Below, piece after piece: positions 38,230 through 47,661 of a stretch of 64,000 nt of DNA (position 1 is the first letter of the stretch; every line of letters begins with the position of its first letter). The translations under genes were made by a program, and so were the position numbers. A model generated the notes under the pieces. The model was given only the letters and a program-made list of their open reading frames with translations. It ran no database searches and had not been told where the DNA came from. Source of the stretch: an uncultured Gammaproteobacteria bacterium (lineage in GTDB: Bacteria; Patescibacteriota; Patescibacteriia; UBA11705; JABHMO01); contig CAZPYM010000001.1 in the NCBI GenBank assembly GCA_964590105.1, positions 76,768 through 140,767 on the forward strand, given 5' to 3'.

Positions 38230-40308
38230 ATGGCAAAAAAAATGAAAAAGATCCACAAAGTTAGATTAACGGTCGCGGCCATTCTGGTATTGGCTTGCTT
38301 GTTGATGTTTTTTGACGCGCCGCAGGTATATGATAGGGCAATTGATTATTTAAATGGAAAAATGGGAACAGAATTTTCTCATTTCAAGAGTATTCCTTTC
38401 AGATTAGGATTAGATTTACAGGGAGGAACTCATTTGGTTTATGAAGCTGATACTGAGAAGATAGATTTTGCGGAAAAAAGCGATGCCGTGGAGGGCGTTC
38501 GCGACGTAATTGAGCGCCGAGTAAATGCTTTTGGCGTGGCCGAACCCGTGGTGCAAATAAATAAAGCCAAGGGCAAATGGCGGGTCATCGTGGAATTAGC
38601 TGGAATAAAAGATGTTAAACAGGCAATCGCCATGATCGGCGAAACGCCGCTTTTGGAATTCAAAGAAGAAAACACCGAACCGGCGCGCGAACTGACGCCG
38701 GAAGAACGGCAAGGTATGGAAAGTTTTAATAAAGAAGCGAAAGAAAAAGCAAATATTGCCATGAAGGAGGCATTGTCCGGCAAAGATTTTGCTGAAGTGG
38801 CCAAAGAATATTCAACAAGCTCTGATATTGATGTTCAGACAGAAGGCGACACTTTCACCGTCGGCAGCGCCTATGATCTTGGTTGGATCGACGGCAAAGG
38901 CGGCTATGCGTTTTTGTATGAAAAAGCCGGAGAAACAGAGCCGGGCCAGCTTTATCCAAAGTTAATTGAACAGCCAAACGGCTATTATATATTAAAAGTT
39001 GAGGACAAGCGTGAAACAGGAGAAGAAGTAAGGGCCAGTCATATTTTGATTTGTTACAACGGAGCTGAACGTTGCGACAAAGAAACAACCAAAGAAGAAG
39101 CAGAACAAAAAATTAAAGAAGTAAAAGAAAAGGCGACTGACAAAAACTTCGCTGATTTGGCAAAAGAATATTCCACCGGTCCGACCGGCCCTGACGGTGG
39201 CGACCTTGGCTGGTTCGCGCAGGGACAAATGGTCAAGGAGTTTGATGATACAGTTTTCAATATGGAAAAAGGCGCTATCTCTGATATTGTGGAAACTCAA
39301 TTTGGTTATCATTTAATTTTCAAAACCGATGAAAGGGCTCTGGAGGAATACAAGGTCACCAATGCTTATATTAAAACAAAAACTGAGGCTGATATTTTAC
39401 CGCCGGCTGATCAATGGAAAAATACGGAATTAACCGGTAAGCAATTGAAAGGTTCAAGAGTTGAATTTGATCCAAATACCAATCTGCCTCAGGTTGCCTT
39501 GCAGTTTAATGATGAAGGTAAAAAACTTTTTGCCGAAGTAACCACCCGCAATGTCGGCAAACCAGTGGCGATTTATCTTGACGGCGCGCCAATCAGCGTT
39601 CCTCGAGTAAACGAAGCTATTACCGGCGGAGAGGCGGTGATTACCGGCGATTTTGACGTTCAGGAAGCGAAATTATTGGTGCAAAGATTAAACGCGGGCG
39701 CCCTGCCTGTGCCAATTAAACTTGTCAGTCAGCAAACTGTTGGCGCGAGCCTTGGCAGTGATTCATTGCAAAAAAGTTTATTCGCGGGAATTGTCGGATT
39801 GATTTTGGTAATGCTATTCATGATTATATATTATCGATTGCCAGGTCTCTTGGCGGTAATTGCATTGATTATCTATGGCGTTGCTGTTTTGTTTATATTC
39901 AAAGTAATCCCAGTAACCCTGACCCTAGCCGGTATTGCCGGTTTTATCTTGTCAGTTGGTATGGCAGTGGACGCCAATGTGCTTATTTTCGAAAGATTAA
40001 AGGAAGAACTGCGCATGGGCAAGCCGCTCGGAGCGGCCATTGACGAAGGATTTAAGCGCGCCTGGACTTCTATTCGCGACGGCAATGTTTCCACTCTTAT
40101 TACCTGCTTTATTTTAATGTGGTTCGGCACGAGCATGATCAAAGGTTTCGCCATAACGCTTGGAATCGGCGTTTTGATGAGTATGTTCTCAGCCATTGTT
40201 GTTACTCGCCAATTTTTACATGTTTTTGTTAATCCAGAAAAGCAGAGCAAGCGCTTGTGGCTTTTTGGAGTAAAGAGTAATAAAGGAGATGATGCCAATA
40301 ATAAATAA
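38230..40308 (+). CDS. secD: protein translocase subunit SecD with inserted parvulin (PpiC) PPIase domains
   Basis: LGLDLQGG, RRVNAFGVAEP, LNAGALP, GMAVDANVLIFER; VRASHILI...FADLAKEYS...GGDLGWF..GQMVKEF...TQFGYH. Confidence 0.95.
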   Translation: MAKKMKKIHKVRLTVAAILVLACLLMFFDAPQVYDRAIDYLNGKMGTEFSHFKSIPFRLGLDLQGGTHLVYEADTEKIDFAEKSDAVEGVRDVIERRVNAFGVAEPVVQINKAKGKWRVIVELAGIKDVKQAIAMIGETPLLEFKEENTEPARELTPEERQGMESFNKEAKEKANIAMKEALSGKDFAEVAKEYSTSSDIDVQTEGDTFTVGSAYDLGWIDGKGGYAFLYEKAGETEPGQLYPKLIEQPNGYYILKVEDKRETGEEVRASHILICYNGAERCDKETTKEEAEQKIKEVKEKATDKNFADLAKEYSTGPTGPDGGDLGWFAQGQMVKEFDDTVFNMEKGAISDIVETQFGYHLIFKTDERALEEYKVTNAYIKTKTEADILPPADQWKNTELTGKQLKGSRVEFDPNTNLPQVALQFNDEGKKLFAEVTTRNVGKPVAIYLDGAPISVPRVNEAITGGEAVITGDFDVQEAKLLVQRLNAGALPVPIKLVSQQTVGASLGSDSLQKSLFAGIVGLILVMLFMIIYYRLPGLLAVIALIIYGVAVLFIFKVIPVTLTLAGIAGFILSVGMAVDANVLIFERLKEELRMGKPLGAAIDEGFKRAWTSIRDGNVSTLITCFILMWFGTSMIKGFAITLGIGVLMSMFSAIVVTRQFLHVFVNPEKQSKRLWLFGVKSNKGDDANNK

Positions 40309-40311
40309 TAT

Positions 40312-41214
40312 ATGTACAAAATAATTCAACGTAGAAAAATTTGGTTAACAGGTTCCTGTCTGGCTGTCGGGCTTAGCATAATCTTCTTGGCTGTCTGGGG
40401 GCTGAAGCTGGGTATTGATTTTACTGGTGGAAGCTTATTGGAAGTTAAATTTTTGCAGGAGCGGCCTGGTCCGCAGGATGTCCGCGCTATTGTTGATAAT
40501 CTTGAATTGGGAAGTGAAGTGGTTGTCCAGGCAACGGGTGACAAAAATATGATTGTCCGATTTCAGCAAATAGAAGAAGATACTCATCAACGCATATTGG
40601 AAAAATTAAAAGAAAAATATCCGGACAATATACAGGAAGAGCGTTTTGAAGCGATCGGGCCGTCAATTGGCGCAGAATTAAAAACCAAAGCAATATATGC
40701 GATTATCGTGGTGATTATTGCCATTGTTCTCTATATTGCCTGGGCTTTTCGCAAAGTTTCCTGGCCGGTCAAGTCCTGGAAATACGGATTGATTGCCATT
40801 GTTGCGCTGGTGCATGACATTATGATAACGCTCGGCGTTTTTGCTATCCTGGGCAGATTCGCGGGAGTAGAAGTCGGCTTGCCGTTTGTGGCCGCGCTTT
40901 TGACAATCCTTGGTTATTCGGTAAATGACACAATTGTAATCTTTGACCGCATTAGGGAAAATCTCGGCCGGCTGGTTAAAACAAATTTTGAAGAAGTTGT
41001 TAATAGGAGCGTTAATGAAACTCTGACGCGTTCAATCAATACGGCGCTCACGACTCTCCTCGTTCTTGTCGCGGTTTTCTTTTTTGGGGGCGTTTCAATC
41101 AAATATTTTGTTCTGGCTCTGATTATCGGTATATTTTCAGGGACATACAGTTCAATTTTCCTGGCCAGTCCGCTATTGGTGGTGTGGGAGAGGTGGAAGA
41201 AAAAAAGAGAATAG
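40312..41214 (+). CDS. secF: protein translocase subunit SecF
   Basis: LGIDFTGG, IGPSIG, HD, GYSVNDTIVIFDRIRE, GTYSSIF. Confidence 0.96.
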   Translation: MYKIIQRRKIWLTGSCLAVGLSIIFLAVWGLKLGIDFTGGSLLEVKFLQERPGPQDVRAIVDNLELGSEVVVQATGDKNMIVRFQQIEEDTHQRILEKLKEKYPDNIQEERFEAIGPSIGAELKTKAIYAIIVVIIAIVLYIAWAFRKVSWPVKSWKYGLIAIVALVHDIMITLGVFAILGRFAGVEVGLPFVAALLTILGYSVNDTIVIFDRIRENLGRLVKTNFEEVVNRSVNETLTRSINTALTTLLVLVAVFFFGGVSIKYFVLALIIGIFSGTYSSIFLASPLLVVWERWKKKRE

Positions 41215-41449
41215 TCAATATTTTAATATAAAAAATGTCCTGTTATCGCGGGACGTTTTTTGTTGTAAATTCTTAACGTGGGTTTTTAGCTAGAGGTTGA
41301 GTTAGTTGGGTATTTTTAAGTGATTGTTTCGATTTGCGTGTATCAGCAGCACTTTTTGGAATATTGACAAAATTTAGTGATATGCCAAGATATATATAGA
41401 AACGTCTTTTTCATTTTGAAAAAGACCATTGCTGAGGCTGGAGGAGAAG

Positions 41450-41713
41450 ATGAAAACTGTGAAATGTGCGGGATGCAAAGGGACAGGGTATGCTGAAAAA
41501 AGGAGTTACCTCGGCCAATCGTCAGTGGGTATATGCTCCGGTTGTGGTGGTACGGGGAAAGTTCCTGCAGAGTACGACTGCTATGTTTGCCATGGCAAGG
41601 GCGGGTCTTATTATCAGACATACAATAAGGACTCAAAAGGGCGAATCACGAAAGGCAGTACCGTTTGGAAAAAATGCAACAATTGTGGAGGCTCGGGTAA
41701 AAAACACGTCTAG
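41450..41713 (+). CDS. small DnaJ-type zinc-finger (CxxCxGxG x4) protein
   Basis: CAGCKGTG, CSGCGGTG, CYVCHGKG, CNNCGGSG; GGAGGAG RBS; hairpin-T terminator near 41825-41858. Confidence 0.75.
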   Translation: MKTVKCAGCKGTGYAEKRSYLGQSSVGICSGCGGTGKVPAEYDCYVCHGKGGSYYQTYNKDSKGRITKGSTVWKKCNNCGGSGKKHV

Positions 41714-42245
41714 GCGCAACTTTAGAATCGAATCAGGTTTTGTTTCTATGTTAATGTCGGCAGTGTTTTACATTGCATCTAAGAGAGTGTTTCAACCAGT
41801 AGGCTGAAACAAAGTCTTGAGTCGCTGGTATTTTCTCACGAAATGCCAGCTTTTTTTATATCTGGTTATAAACAAAATTTTTAAATCCTTAGAAGTAGAA
41901 CATTCCTGTTTCCCTAAAAATCGGACATTTCTACTTCCCCTTTACACAGCCTGTCAAATTCTTGACATATTTGGTAAAACGAGTTAAGGTAAGACCACAA
42001 ATTGACTGGAAGTAAAGACGTTTGCCTAATTGGGGCAGAAAATTGTATAATAAGTTGGCTAAAATTAGCAACATTGCTCAAAATGCTTGACATTTGTTTA
42101 TTTTAATGATATCATTATCACAAGCTAAACAAGATAGAGGTGATGGAAGGAAACTGGAAATTAGAAACTAGAGACTAGGGTAGCTCAATATTCATTATTA
42201 TATATTTTAACTGATAATTCGCTTGTCGGTTAATCGCTCATAAGT

Positions 42246-43358
42246 ATGGAAAATGTAAACACAAAAATCAATTTTCAGGAGCTGCTTGTCAGCATGCTGT
42301 CAAAACTGTCTGAAAGAGAACAGGAAGTTTTGAAGCAGCGCTATCAGCTGCTCAGTGAATTAAAAAAACGATCAACCCTAAAACAGATTGGCGATATTTA
42401 TAATATCACGCGCGAGCGCGTGCGTCAGATCGAGAAAGAGGCGATTCGCAAAATCGTGGCTTTGGCTGGAACACCGGAATTTTCCGGTGAGCTTGGATCC
42501 ATTGAACAGGAAGTAAATGAATTTCTGGAAAAGCGCGGCGGTATGATTCGTGAAGATCATTTGCTTGACGAATATGTAAAACCAGTTCATCAGCTTGATT
42601 TTTTGCACACCAATGCTTTTGTTTTTGTTCTGGAAAATCTGTTTGATTCAGTGGACAAAGTTGACGGCCATGACAGTTTTCATAGTGTCTGGACGCTGAA
42701 AGCTTTGGACGTTGACCAGGTTGCGCAATTGATTTCAGCGCTGGAAAGTCAATTATCCACAGCTGGCCGAGTTCACAGCCAGGATGAAGTATTAAAATTG
42801 GCTTCAGACAGTTTATCAAGCGAATTGCAAATCTACCTGGATGGCTATATTGCAAAGCATGACGGTCTGACTATTCAACAAGTTTTACAGTCATATCTGC
42901 AGGCAACTTCAAAAATTGATAAAAATATTTTGGATCAGTGGGGTTTGTCCAGCTGGGAAACTATTCAGCCGAAAAAACTTAGCGGTAAAATACTTTTGGT
43001 TTTCGAAAAACATAATGCTCCTCTTCATTTCCGCCAGATTGCTGAAAAAATCAATGATGCTAATTTCGACTATAAAAAAATCTGCGCGGCTACAGTTCAT
43101 AACGAGCTGATTGCCAATGATGAGTTTGTCTTGATCGGACGCGGAATTTACGCCAAAAAAGATTGGGGTTATAGCGCGGGAACTGTGGCTGACATTATCA
43201 CGAAAATTTTGAGTGAGGCCGATGATTCGCTTGATAAAGACGCGATATACGAAAAAGTATTAAAGCAAAGACAAGTGAATAAGTCGACTATCTATTTGAC
43301 TTTGATCAATAAAGATAAATTTGTAAAGTCAGCTGACGGAAAATTTAGCTTAAAATAA
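42246..43358 (+). CDS. sigma70 region-4 HTH + C-terminal winged-helix (HARE-HTH/RpoE-like) protein
   Basis: LSEREQEVL..RY...TLKQIG..YNITRERVRQIE; PLHF..IA..I...TVHNELI...FVLIGRGIY. Confidence 0.8.
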   Translation: MENVNTKINFQELLVSMLSKLSEREQEVLKQRYQLLSELKKRSTLKQIGDIYNITRERVRQIEKEAIRKIVALAGTPEFSGELGSIEQEVNEFLEKRGGMIREDHLLDEYVKPVHQLDFLHTNAFVFVLENLFDSVDKVDGHDSFHSVWTLKALDVDQVAQLISALESQLSTAGRVHSQDEVLKLASDSLSSELQIYLDGYIAKHDGLTIQQVLQSYLQATSKIDKNILDQWGLSSWETIQPKKLSGKILLVFEKHNAPLHFRQIAEKINDANFDYKKICAATVHNELIANDEFVLIGRGIYAKKDWGYSAGTVADIITKILSEADDSLDKDAIYEKVLKQRQVNKSTIYLTLINKDKFVKSADGKFSLK

Positions 43359-43465
43359 GATTTAAAATAAAAGAAAATCCGGGCTTGCTCCCGGGTTTTC
43401 TTTTGTTTGCTTTATATTTGTGGTATAATAAACTTCGAAGATGATAATTCGTGAAAATTTAATTT

Positions 43466-45082
43466 ATGGATATTTTCGGGTTGCAGCTATCATTTGACTG
43501 GAGCTGGATATACAATCTCGGGACGCAGCCTCTGTATGTAATCATGTGGCATTTTTTTGTTAATGGCGGCTGGATTTTGGTTTTGGTTGTGCTTATTTAT
43601 GGCGGCATGATCAACTATGTTTATTGGATGCAGTGCAAGTTTGCGGCCAAACAAACTTATGTTTTTCTGGCCATAGACATTCCCAAGAATATTTTGCAAA
43701 CACCTCGGGCTGTCGAAAATATTTTCACGGCCATGGCCGGCGCGCAGCAGCCTCTTGATTGGCATGAAAAATATTTATTTGGCGAATTTCAACTTGGCTA
43801 CAGTCTAGAAATCGTCAGCATTGACGGCTTTATTCAATTTATAATTAGAACTCCGAGCCAGTTCCGCAATCTGGTGGAAGCGTCTGTTTATTCGCAATAT
43901 CCTGAAGCGGAAATTACTGAAGTTCATGACTATACTGCGGAAATTAATGTCAGCTTTCCAAGTGATGAATATAATTTATGGGGCGCTGACTTGGTTTTGG
44001 TGAAGCCTGATTATTATCCGATTAAAACCTATAAAGAATTTCAAGAAGAACTGGATAATGAATTCAAAGATCCAATGGCCGCTCTGCTCGAAGTAATGAG
44101 CACAATCGGTCCGGGCGAGCAGATTTGGTTTCAGCTTATGATTGCTCCGGCTGATATAGGTTGGGAAAGTACGGGCGTTAAAGCAGTAAATAAAATAATT
44201 GGTATTGAAGAAAAATACAAGAAAAATGTTCTTGACTATATTAGTGACGTGCCGCTCAAGGCCCTGGAAATTGTTGGCGATTCATTGTTTTCCAGCGAAG
44301 GAAAGGTTGCTGAACAAAAAAAAGATGAAAAGTTCAACATGATGTTTCTCGATCCGATTAAAAAAAGAGAAGTGGAGACTATTTTGCAGAAGGTTGATAA
44401 AAATTGTTTCATGTGCAAGTTGCGCTATGTTTATTTTGGTAAAAGAGAAGTATTTAAAAAAGGACTCGGCGTGTCCGGCGTAATGGGCGCGATCAAACAA
44501 TTTGGCGTCACGGGCTTGAACGCTTTTAAGCCGGGGAAAAACAAGACCCAGGCTAAGCTGTTTTTGAAAAAACCGCGCATGTCGGTCAAGCAGAATTTGA
44601 TGTTGAAAAATTTTAAAAAAAGAAATCCGGATACTTGCAAGGGGAAATACCTGCTCAGCGTGGAAGAATTAGCCACCTTGTTCCACTTCCCATATATTGA
44701 GGTCAAGGCTCCAATGGTCAAGAAGATCGAATCGAAAAAAGGCCATGCTCCGATTGGTCTGCCAGTGGAAGAAAAAGCGGCCGCTGGAGAAGTGGAAGAA
44801 ATTGAAGCGCCAACGCCCCTGGAGTTTGGTGAAAAAGTGCCAGTGGTTGATTTTGATAATGATTATTTTGAAGAGCGTTTTGCTGTTGACAAGTCCGGCC
44901 AGTCAGACAAAATCCGTAAACAGCAATTAGTGAAAAAATTGGAAGAAGCCGGTATTTTGAAAGCAACTAAAACCGATAATAATAATGATGATCAAGATGA
45001 TGCTCCTCCTTTTAACGTTGAAAATAAAATTGATTCCGAGGATGGTGATCAGGCCACACCTTCCAATCTTCCTTTTGCCTAA
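43466..45082 (+). CDS. conserved hypothetical membrane protein partnering VirD4/HerA-like ATPase
   Basis: N-terminal TM, SLEIVS, IYSQYP-like VYSQYPEAEI, YPIKTY, DPMA, ELATLFHFP. Confidence 0.75.
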   Translation: MDIFGLQLSFDWSWIYNLGTQPLYVIMWHFFVNGGWILVLVVLIYGGMINYVYWMQCKFAAKQTYVFLAIDIPKNILQTPRAVENIFTAMAGAQQPLDWHEKYLFGEFQLGYSLEIVSIDGFIQFIIRTPSQFRNLVEASVYSQYPEAEITEVHDYTAEINVSFPSDEYNLWGADLVLVKPDYYPIKTYKEFQEELDNEFKDPMAALLEVMSTIGPGEQIWFQLMIAPADIGWESTGVKAVNKIIGIEEKYKKNVLDYISDVPLKALEIVGDSLFSSEGKVAEQKKDEKFNMMFLDPIKKREVETILQKVDKNCFMCKLRYVYFGKREVFKKGLGVSGVMGAIKQFGVTGLNAFKPGKNKTQAKLFLKKPRMSVKQNLMLKNFKKRNPDTCKGKYLLSVEELATLFHFPYIEVKAPMVKKIESKKGHAPIGLPVEEKAAAGEVEEIEAPTPLEFGEKVPVVDFDNDYFEERFAVDKSGQSDKIRKQQLVKKLEEAGILKATKTDNNNDDQDDAPPFNVENKIDSEDGDQATPSNLPFA

Positions 45083-45099
45083 GAAACATTAATACGATT

Positions 45100-46857
45100 A
45101 TGACGGAAAAGATAACCCCATTTGCTTTTACAAATTTTCGAAATGCGCGCAAGCGCTTTGGCATCAAAACCGACGATCGACGCCGGCATATGTATATAAT
45201 TGGAAAAACCGGTATGGGTAAATCAGTTTTAATTGAAAACATGGTTTATTCTGATATTGCCAATGGAAATGGCTGTTGTCTGGTGGATCCGCACGGCGAT
45301 TCGGCTGAGCTGATGATCAATTGCATTCCTCCAAATAGAATCAATGATGTGATATATATTAATCCGGCGGATTTGGAATATCCGATTGCTTTTAATGTGC
45401 TGGAAAAAGTGGATAATAAATATCGCCACTTGGTGGCTTCGGGCCTGGTCGGAGTTTTCAAAAAAATCTGGGCGGACAGTTGGGGACCTCGTTTGGAATA
45501 TATTTTGCGCAATACCATATTGGCACTTCTGGACTATCCCGACAGCACGCTCCTTGGTGTCAATCGCATGTTGGTGGACAAGGAATACCGCAAAAAAGTA
45601 ATTGCCAAAGTTCAGGATCCAGTGGTAAAAATGTTTTGGCAGGATGAATTTTCCAAATATAATGAAAAATTTCTAACTGAAGCGATCGCGCCTATTCAAA
45701 ATAAAATTGGCCAATTCTTATCAACTTCTCTAATTAGAAATATTGTCGGTCAGGTGAAGTCAACAATTGATTTGCGCAAGATTATGGATGAAGGCAAGAT
45801 TGTCATTCTGAATCTTTCAAAGGGCCGGATCGGCGAGGATGCTTCCGCCTTACTCGGCGCCATGATTATTACCAAAATTCAGCTAGCCGCTATGAGCCGC
45901 GTGGACATGCCGGAAACGACGAGAAAAGATTTTTATCTTTATGTAGACGAATTCCAAAACTTTGCCACAGAATCATTTGCCAATATTTTATCAGAAGCCA
46001 GAAAATATCATTTGTGCTTAACAATTGGCCATCAATACATCGGCCAGCTCGAGATTGGTGGTAATACGGTTGTTCGTGATGCAATATTCGGCAATGTCGG
46101 CACAATGATTGTTTTTCGGGTTGGCGCAGCTGACGCGGAATTTTTATCCAGGGAATTTGCCCCGCATTTTACAGAAGAAGATTTAGTTAACTTGCCGAAA
46201 TATAATGTATATTTGAAATTAATGATTGATGGCGTTGCTTCAGATCCTTTTAGCGCCACCACCCTGCCGCCAATTTCCCAGAAAACCTCGAGTGAAGAAA
46301 GCGTGATCAAAGTAACCAGAGAAAGATACGCCAAAGAAAGGGATGTGGTGGAAGACAAAATTACTCGTTGGAGCGGTGTGGAAACCGATGCAATGCTGGA
46401 AAAAATGGAAATGGACATTGTGCACAAAAAAGCGCAAAAAATTATTAGCAAAAAATTGGATTTTTTGGCCAGCATGCGAGGTGAAAATCAGCGCGAAGAA
46501 GAGCAAACGCCGGAAGAAAAAGTAATAATAGCAAAAAAAGAAGGAGACGGAAAAGAAGATCTAGCTACAGGGGACAAGGATGAAATTGTTAATATTGTAA
46601 AATGCGACAGTTGTGGAGCCAAAACAAAAATTAATTTTAATCCTGATCCCCGCCGCCCGGTCTATTGCAAGGATTGTCTTAAGGATTTTCGGCGCAAACA
46701 AGCGCTCGAGGAAAATATAAGTCAAAGAAGACAGGATACTCGCGGCGCGGCAGCTCCGGCCGGAGGCGACCGGCCACGAGCCAAGGAAGTTTCTTTGTCT
46801 GATTTGCAAAAAAATAAACCTTCTTCGTTTCGAGCTCCCAAAAGAGAGCGCTCTTAA
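45100..46857 (+). CDS. VirD4/TraG/HerA-like ATPase (T4SS DNA-binding domain family) with C-terminal CxxC-x17-CxxC zinc ribbon
   Basis: HMYIIGKTGMGKS, DPHGD, LYVDEFQNF, SEARKY, HQYIGQL, IFGNVGT; CDSC-x17-CKDC. Confidence 0.88.
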   Translation: MTEKITPFAFTNFRNARKRFGIKTDDRRRHMYIIGKTGMGKSVLIENMVYSDIANGNGCCLVDPHGDSAELMINCIPPNRINDVIYINPADLEYPIAFNVLEKVDNKYRHLVASGLVGVFKKIWADSWGPRLEYILRNTILALLDYPDSTLLGVNRMLVDKEYRKKVIAKVQDPVVKMFWQDEFSKYNEKFLTEAIAPIQNKIGQFLSTSLIRNIVGQVKSTIDLRKIMDEGKIVILNLSKGRIGEDASALLGAMIITKIQLAAMSRVDMPETTRKDFYLYVDEFQNFATESFANILSEARKYHLCLTIGHQYIGQLEIGGNTVVRDAIFGNVGTMIVFRVGAADAEFLSREFAPHFTEEDLVNLPKYNVYLKLMIDGVASDPFSATTLPPISQKTSSEESVIKVTRERYAKERDVVEDKITRWSGVETDAMLEKMEMDIVHKKAQKIISKKLDFLASMRGENQREEEQTPEEKVIIAKKEGDGKEDLATGDKDEIVNIVKCDSCGAKTKINFNPDPRRPVYCKDCLKDFRRKQALEENISQRRQDTRGAAAPAGGDRPRAKEVSLSDLQKNKPSSFRAPKRERS

Positions 46858-46860
46858 GCT

Positions 46861-47559
46861 ATGGCAAAAATTAGATTAAATAAATATATTGCAGATTGCG
46901 GAATAGCTTCGCGCCGGAGTGCGGAGCGTTTTATATTACAAGGGTTAGTAAAAGTAAATGGAGATTTGGTAACAGAACTTGGGACAAAGATTGACGTGGA
47001 AAATGACCGCGTCGAAGTCAGCGATCAACTAATCAACCAATCAACCAATCAACCAGTTGTCCTGATGCTGAATAAACCGGCCGGTTATGTTTGTACATCA
47101 AGAAAATTTAAAGGTGAGAAAAATATTTTGGATTTAATTAATCTCGAACAGCGGGTTTATCCTGTCGGTCGTCTGGATAAGGATTCAACAGGCCTCCTGC
47201 TCCTGACCAACGACGGCGATTTGGCTTTGAAATTAACGCACCCTCGTTACGAAAAGGAAAAAGAGTATGAAGTGGAAGTTGATCATGAGATTAGCAGTGA
47301 ATTTATCGATGAAATGCAACAGGGCGTCACGTTGGAGGACGGAACAACCTTGCCGGCAAAGGTAAAACAGCTTTCTTATACTGCGTTTTCAATTGTTTTG
47401 GGACAGGGAAAAAAACGGCAGATCAGGCGGATGTGCCAGGAACTTGGGTACCGGGTAGTGGGATTAAATCGAGTCCGTATCAATAAACTGGAGCTCGGAG
47501 ATTTGGCTGTCGGCGATTATCGGATTTTATCGGAAAAAGAAATTGCTTTATTAAAATAG
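46861..47559 (+). CDS. rluB: 23S rRNA pseudouridine synthase (RsuA/RluB family)
   Basis: S4 domain RLNKYIA..G.ASRR, NKPAG, VGRLDKDSTGLLLLTNDG, GKKRQIRRM. Confidence 0.88.
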   Translation: MAKIRLNKYIADCGIASRRSAERFILQGLVKVNGDLVTELGTKIDVENDRVEVSDQLINQSTNQPVVLMLNKPAGYVCTSRKFKGEKNILDLINLEQRVYPVGRLDKDSTGLLLLTNDGDLALKLTHPRYEKEKEYEVEVDHEISSEFIDEMQQGVTLEDGTTLPAKVKQLSYTAFSIVLGQGKKRQIRRMCQELGYRVVGLNRVRINKLELGDLAVGDYRILSEKEIALLK

Positions 47560-47661
47560 AGAGAGAGACTTTGGAATAAAAACAGCAAGAAGCGCCCCAT
47601 CCCGGCGATTTTTTTATTAAATGTTTTTTTGTGTTATAATGTATTCGGAATTAAAAACAAA

